10,845 bases of DNA from a virus (Duplodnaviria; Heunggongvirae; Uroviricota; Caudoviricetes): IMG/VR virus record IMGVR_UViG_2531839579_000019, one strand, 5' to 3'. Both the position numbers and the translations under genes were made by a program. Below, piece after piece: positions 7,966 through 10,845 of this stretch (the first letter of the stretch is position 1; each line of letters starts with the position of its first letter). Below the pieces are notes generated by a model. The model made no database searches, was not told the DNA's origin, and saw only the letters and a list, made by a program, of their open reading frames with translations.

Positions 7966-9216
7966 ATGGCACTTACTGATATCAAAGTTAGGACTACCAA
8001 GCCCTCCGACAAACCTTTCAAACTTACAGATGGGCAGGGTATGCACCTGCTGATCAACCCCAATGGTTCAAAATACTGGCGACTCCAATACCGTTTCGAT
8101 GGCAAACAGAAAGTTTTAGCATTGGGAGTTTATCCAATAGTCTCTCTTGGTGAAGCTCGCAGGAAACGAGATGAGGCCAAAAAGTTGGTATCTGATGGTA
8201 TCGATCCTTCCGAGAAGAAAAAAGCAGACAAGATCGAGCAGAGCGAAGCTCTGACATTCGAGGCTGTCGCAAGGGACTGGCATACTGCCTGTAAAAGGAA
8301 ATGGTCTGATTCCCACAGCGAGAGAGTTCTAAAAAGCATGGAAGATGGTCTCTTTACTGCTATTGGTAAAAGAAAAATATCCGAACTTAATACCAGAGAT
8401 CTTCTTGCCCCTATCAAGGCTGTTGAAGCTTCCGGGCGATTGGAAGTTGCTTCCCGATTACAGCAAAGAACAACGGCGGTAATGAGATATGCTGTCCAGA
8501 ACGGGCTGATAGATTACAACCCTGCTCAGGAGATGGCAGGAGCTATTGCGGTAGCTAAAAGAGTCCACAGGCCAGCTTTGCCATTCGAACGATTCTCAGA
8601 ACTTTTAGAACGAATTGATAGTTTCAAGGGTAGAAAACTCACGAAGTTAGCCGTGAAACTCACATTGCTCATTTTCATTCGTTCAAGTGAACTTAGGTTT
8701 GCTCGTTGGTCAGAGATAGATTTCGACAATGCCATGTGGACTATCCCTGGGGAACGTGAGCCATTGCCAGGGGTCAAACATTCTCATCGAGGCTCAAAAA
8801 TGAAGACCCCACACCTCGTGCCGTTAAGTCGCCAGGCTATAGAACTCCTCAAAGCTATCAAAGAAATCAGCGGTGAATGTGAACTTGTGTTCATTGGTGA
8901 TCATGATTTTAGAAAGCCTATGAGTGAAAACACGGTAAACAAGGCTTTAAGGTCTATGGGCTACGACACTACGGTTGAAGTATGTGGACATGGTTTTCGT
9001 GCGATGGCATGTAGTGCGTTGATCGAATCGGGAAAATGGTCAAGGGATGCTGTTGAACGGCAGATGAGCCACCAAGAGCGAAACTCCGTTCGTGCTGCCT
9101 ACATTCATAAAGCAGAACACCTTGATGAAAGAAGGCTTATGTTGCAGTGGTGGGCTGATTACCTTAATGCCTTGAAAGATAGGTTTATCAGTCCCTTTGA
9201 TTTTACAACAAAGTAG
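7966..9216 (+). CDS. int: P4-type tyrosine integrase (416 aa)
   Basis: GGAGG 9 nt upstream of ATG 7966. P4-family N-terminus (MALTDIKVRTTKP...YWRLQYRF...), catalytic-region H-x-x-R (HGFRAMA) and a tyrosine in RAAYIHKAEHLDERR. Intact. GC is visibly lower than the psu-alpha core. Confidence 0.9.
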   Translation: MALTDIKVRTTKPSDKPFKLTDGQGMHLLINPNGSKYWRLQYRFDGKQKVLALGVYPIVSLGEARRKRDEAKKLVSDGIDPSEKKKADKIEQSEALTFEAVARDWHTACKRKWSDSHSERVLKSMEDGLFTAIGKRKISELNTRDLLAPIKAVEASGRLEVASRLQQRTTAVMRYAVQNGLIDYNPAQEMAGAIAVAKRVHRPALPFERFSELLERIDSFKGRKLTKLAVKLTLLIFIRSSELRFARWSEIDFDNAMWTIPGEREPLPGVKHSHRGSKMKTPHLVPLSRQAIELLKAIKEISGECELVFIGDHDFRKPMSENTVNKALRSMGYDTTVEVCGHGFRAMACSALIESGKWSRDAVERQMSHQERNSVRAAYIHKAEHLDERRLMLQWWADYLNALKDRFISPFDFTTK

Positions 9217-9303
9217 CTTGATCAACGATTAACTATCCACTGGCATAGCCGTGTGATATGATTACAATGGCTATATTTTTAATTTAAATTTAATAGGTAA
9301 AAA

Positions 9304-10443
9304 ATGTCCACAATTAACCCCGCAATTTTTTCTTTTTTCTCTGGTTCAGGATTTCTTGATCTTGGATTTGAAAAAAATGGTTATGAAGTGGTTTTCGTGA
9401 ATGAATACCATGCTCCGTTTATGGATGCATATAAACATTCGAGGAAAAAATTAAATATAGCACCACCTCGTTTTGGGTATGCAGAGTGCAGTATTGAAGA
9501 TGTAGAACATGAAAAAATTAAGTCTTCTATGCTTCAACTTAAAAATGAGGGGCGATTGACTGGATTTATTGGTGGTCCACCATGCCCGGATTTCTCTGTA
9601 GCGGGTAAAAATAAAGGTCGAGATGGTGAAAACGGTCGGCTTTCACAAAGCTATATTGATATCATTCTTGAAATGAAACCAGATTTCTTTCTTTTTGAGA
9701 ATGTTAAAGGTCTATACCGTACCAGTAAACATAGGGAATTTTTTGACCATTTAAAAACTCAATTAGAATCGGTTGGTTATTGTTTGCATGAAAAACTAAT
9801 AAATTCTATTGAATATGGTGCTCCTCAAGATAGGCAACGAATCATATTGATTGGTTTCCTTGATGAAAAATATGCAAGCCAATTCAATTGGGGGCAAAGA
9901 GTCTACCCTGAAAGAACTGCATTTGAATATAAATGGCCGACGACAAACCAATTTTCAGAAAACACTTCTGTTATAAAACCAAAGGGTATCCCAGAAGAGT
10001 TAACAGTAGAGCATTGGTTCAAGAAAAACCAGGTTGATAATCATCCAAATGCAAAGCATGTATTCGCGGCAAGAGCAGGGCTTGCGAGGTTTTTGACTGT
10101 CGAAGAAGGGGATGATAGTAAAAAATCCTATAAAAGGTTGCATAGATGGAGATTTTCACCAACTGCTGCTTACGGTAATAATGAGGTACATTTACATCCT
10201 TATAAACCAAGAAGAATTACTGTTGCCGAAGCATTAGCAATTCAGTCTTTACCAAAAGAATTTGAATTACCTGCTTATATGACTCTGTCTAATATGTTTA
10301 AAACTGTCGGTAACGGTGTACCCTACTTAGCAGCGGCCGGTATTGCCAAATCTATTATAGAGCATTTAGGAATCGAATATGAGAGTAACTGCGGCGAACT
10401 TAGCACAGGCGATTGCCAATCTACCAAGAAACACGCAGTTTAA
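9304..10443 (+). CDS. DNA (cytosine-5)-methyltransferase (379 aa), intact
   Basis: Ordered C5-methyltransferase motifs: motif I-like FSGSGF, motif IV GGPPCPDFSVAG, motif VI FENVKGL, motif VIII QDRQR, motif X TVGNGVP. AT-rich; first gene after int. Confidence 0.85.
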   Translation: MSTINPAIFSFFSGSGFLDLGFEKNGYEVVFVNEYHAPFMDAYKHSRKKLNIAPPRFGYAECSIEDVEHEKIKSSMLQLKNEGRLTGFIGGPPCPDFSVAGKNKGRDGENGRLSQSYIDIILEMKPDFFLFENVKGLYRTSKHREFFDHLKTQLESVGYCLHEKLINSIEYGAPQDRQRIILIGFLDEKYASQFNWGQRVYPERTAFEYKWPTTNQFSENTSVIKPKGIPEELTVEHWFKKNQVDNHPNAKHVFAARAGLARFLTVEEGDDSKKSYKRLHRWRFSPTAAYGNNEVHLHPYKPRRITVAEALAIQSLPKEFELPAYMTLSNMFKTVGNGVPYLAAAGIAKSIIEHLGIEYESNCGELSTGDCQSTKKHAV

Positions 10444-10453
10444 TTATTTAAAT

Positions 10454-10845
10454 GTGCGAAATTCGGGAAGAATCATTGTAACGAATGTTCAACTTCCCGA
10501 AGGCCCAATAGAATTCAAAAGATTCGATCCAAAAAAGGGTGAGACACTGCATAGTTCTAAATCGGAAAGCATCTCCACACAAATGATGTGGAGATTGGCT
10601 AATGCTTTACAGGAAGATGTCCCTGTCAATTTGGATCGTATTTTTGGTGCAAGCTATAATACACGTGCTGTTCTCGAAAGCCTTTTGGCCCATACTCCTG
10701 AGTTTTATTGGTGTAAGCTTGATCGCCTTGAGGTAATGAACACTCAGAAAAATATTAAAAAAGGTCACAAGCACCTTATTTATAGACCAAATGACCCACA
10801 TGAAAATGGTGTAGCAATAGAACATACTACTAATGTTATAATTTC
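10454..10845 (+). CDS. Unknown ORF immediately downstream of the methyltransferase (3'-truncated by the window edge); possible functional partner
   Basis: Frame open from 10442 to the window end, 130 codons visible. Candidate starts are GTG 10454 (10 nt after the methyltransferase stop) or ATG 10583; neither has a clear Shine-Dalgarno sequence. Same strand and composition as the methyltransferase. No diagnostic motif in the visible part. Confidence 0.45.
   Translation, partial: MRNSGRIIVTNVQLPEGPIEFKRFDPKKGETLHSSKSESISTQMMWRLANALQEDVPVNLDRIFGASYNTRAVLESLLAHTPEFYWCKLDRLEVMNTQKNIKKGHKHLIYRPNDPHENGVAIEHTTNVII

Noticed and set aside
8054-10825. Short minus-strand ORFs (61 to 95 aa) inside int, the methyltransferase and the downstream ORF
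   Set aside because: All are antisense to intact, motif-supported genes and have no start context.
1-10845. CRISPR arrays and rRNA genes
   Set aside because: None seen. The only repeated elements are the 8-bp iterons and the two ~117-bp crr units, which lack the regular repeat-spacer periodicity of a CRISPR array.

Overview
The window reads as a P4-type satellite phage element, with its conserved core flanked on both sides by AT-rich cargo. From the left: the 3' end of an AT-rich cargo gene (2-208), an exact P2/P4-type 19-nt cos sequence (227-245), then the late operon on the minus strand (psu 410-982, delta 1056-1556, sid 1553-2278, the last interrupted by frameshifts). A divergent control region follows, with two TGT-N12-ACA dyads upstream of sid and a cluster of TGTTCACC iterons (ori-like, 2448-2551). 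The rightward operon then runs vis/orf88 (2831-3097), a promoter/leader region, epsilon (3676-3963), orf151 (3956-4411), a frameshifted orf106-like ORF, and an alpha-type primase/helicase (4881-7210) broken into four frame segments. After a clean terminator come two ~117-bp direct repeats carrying the same iterons (crr-like, 7268-7566), a tRNA-Leu 3'-end-like att core (7758-7776), an intact tyrosine integrase (7966-9216), and AT-rich cargo: an intact DNA cytosine-5 methyltransferase (9304-10443) followed 10 nt later by an unknown ORF that runs off the window. The cargo sits in the psu-int position where P4-like satellites carry variable anti-phage genes, so the methyltransferase and its partner are the best candidate for an undescribed system, though only its edges are visible. 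Identifications rest on my reading of motifs, protein lengths and gene order; no database search was possible.
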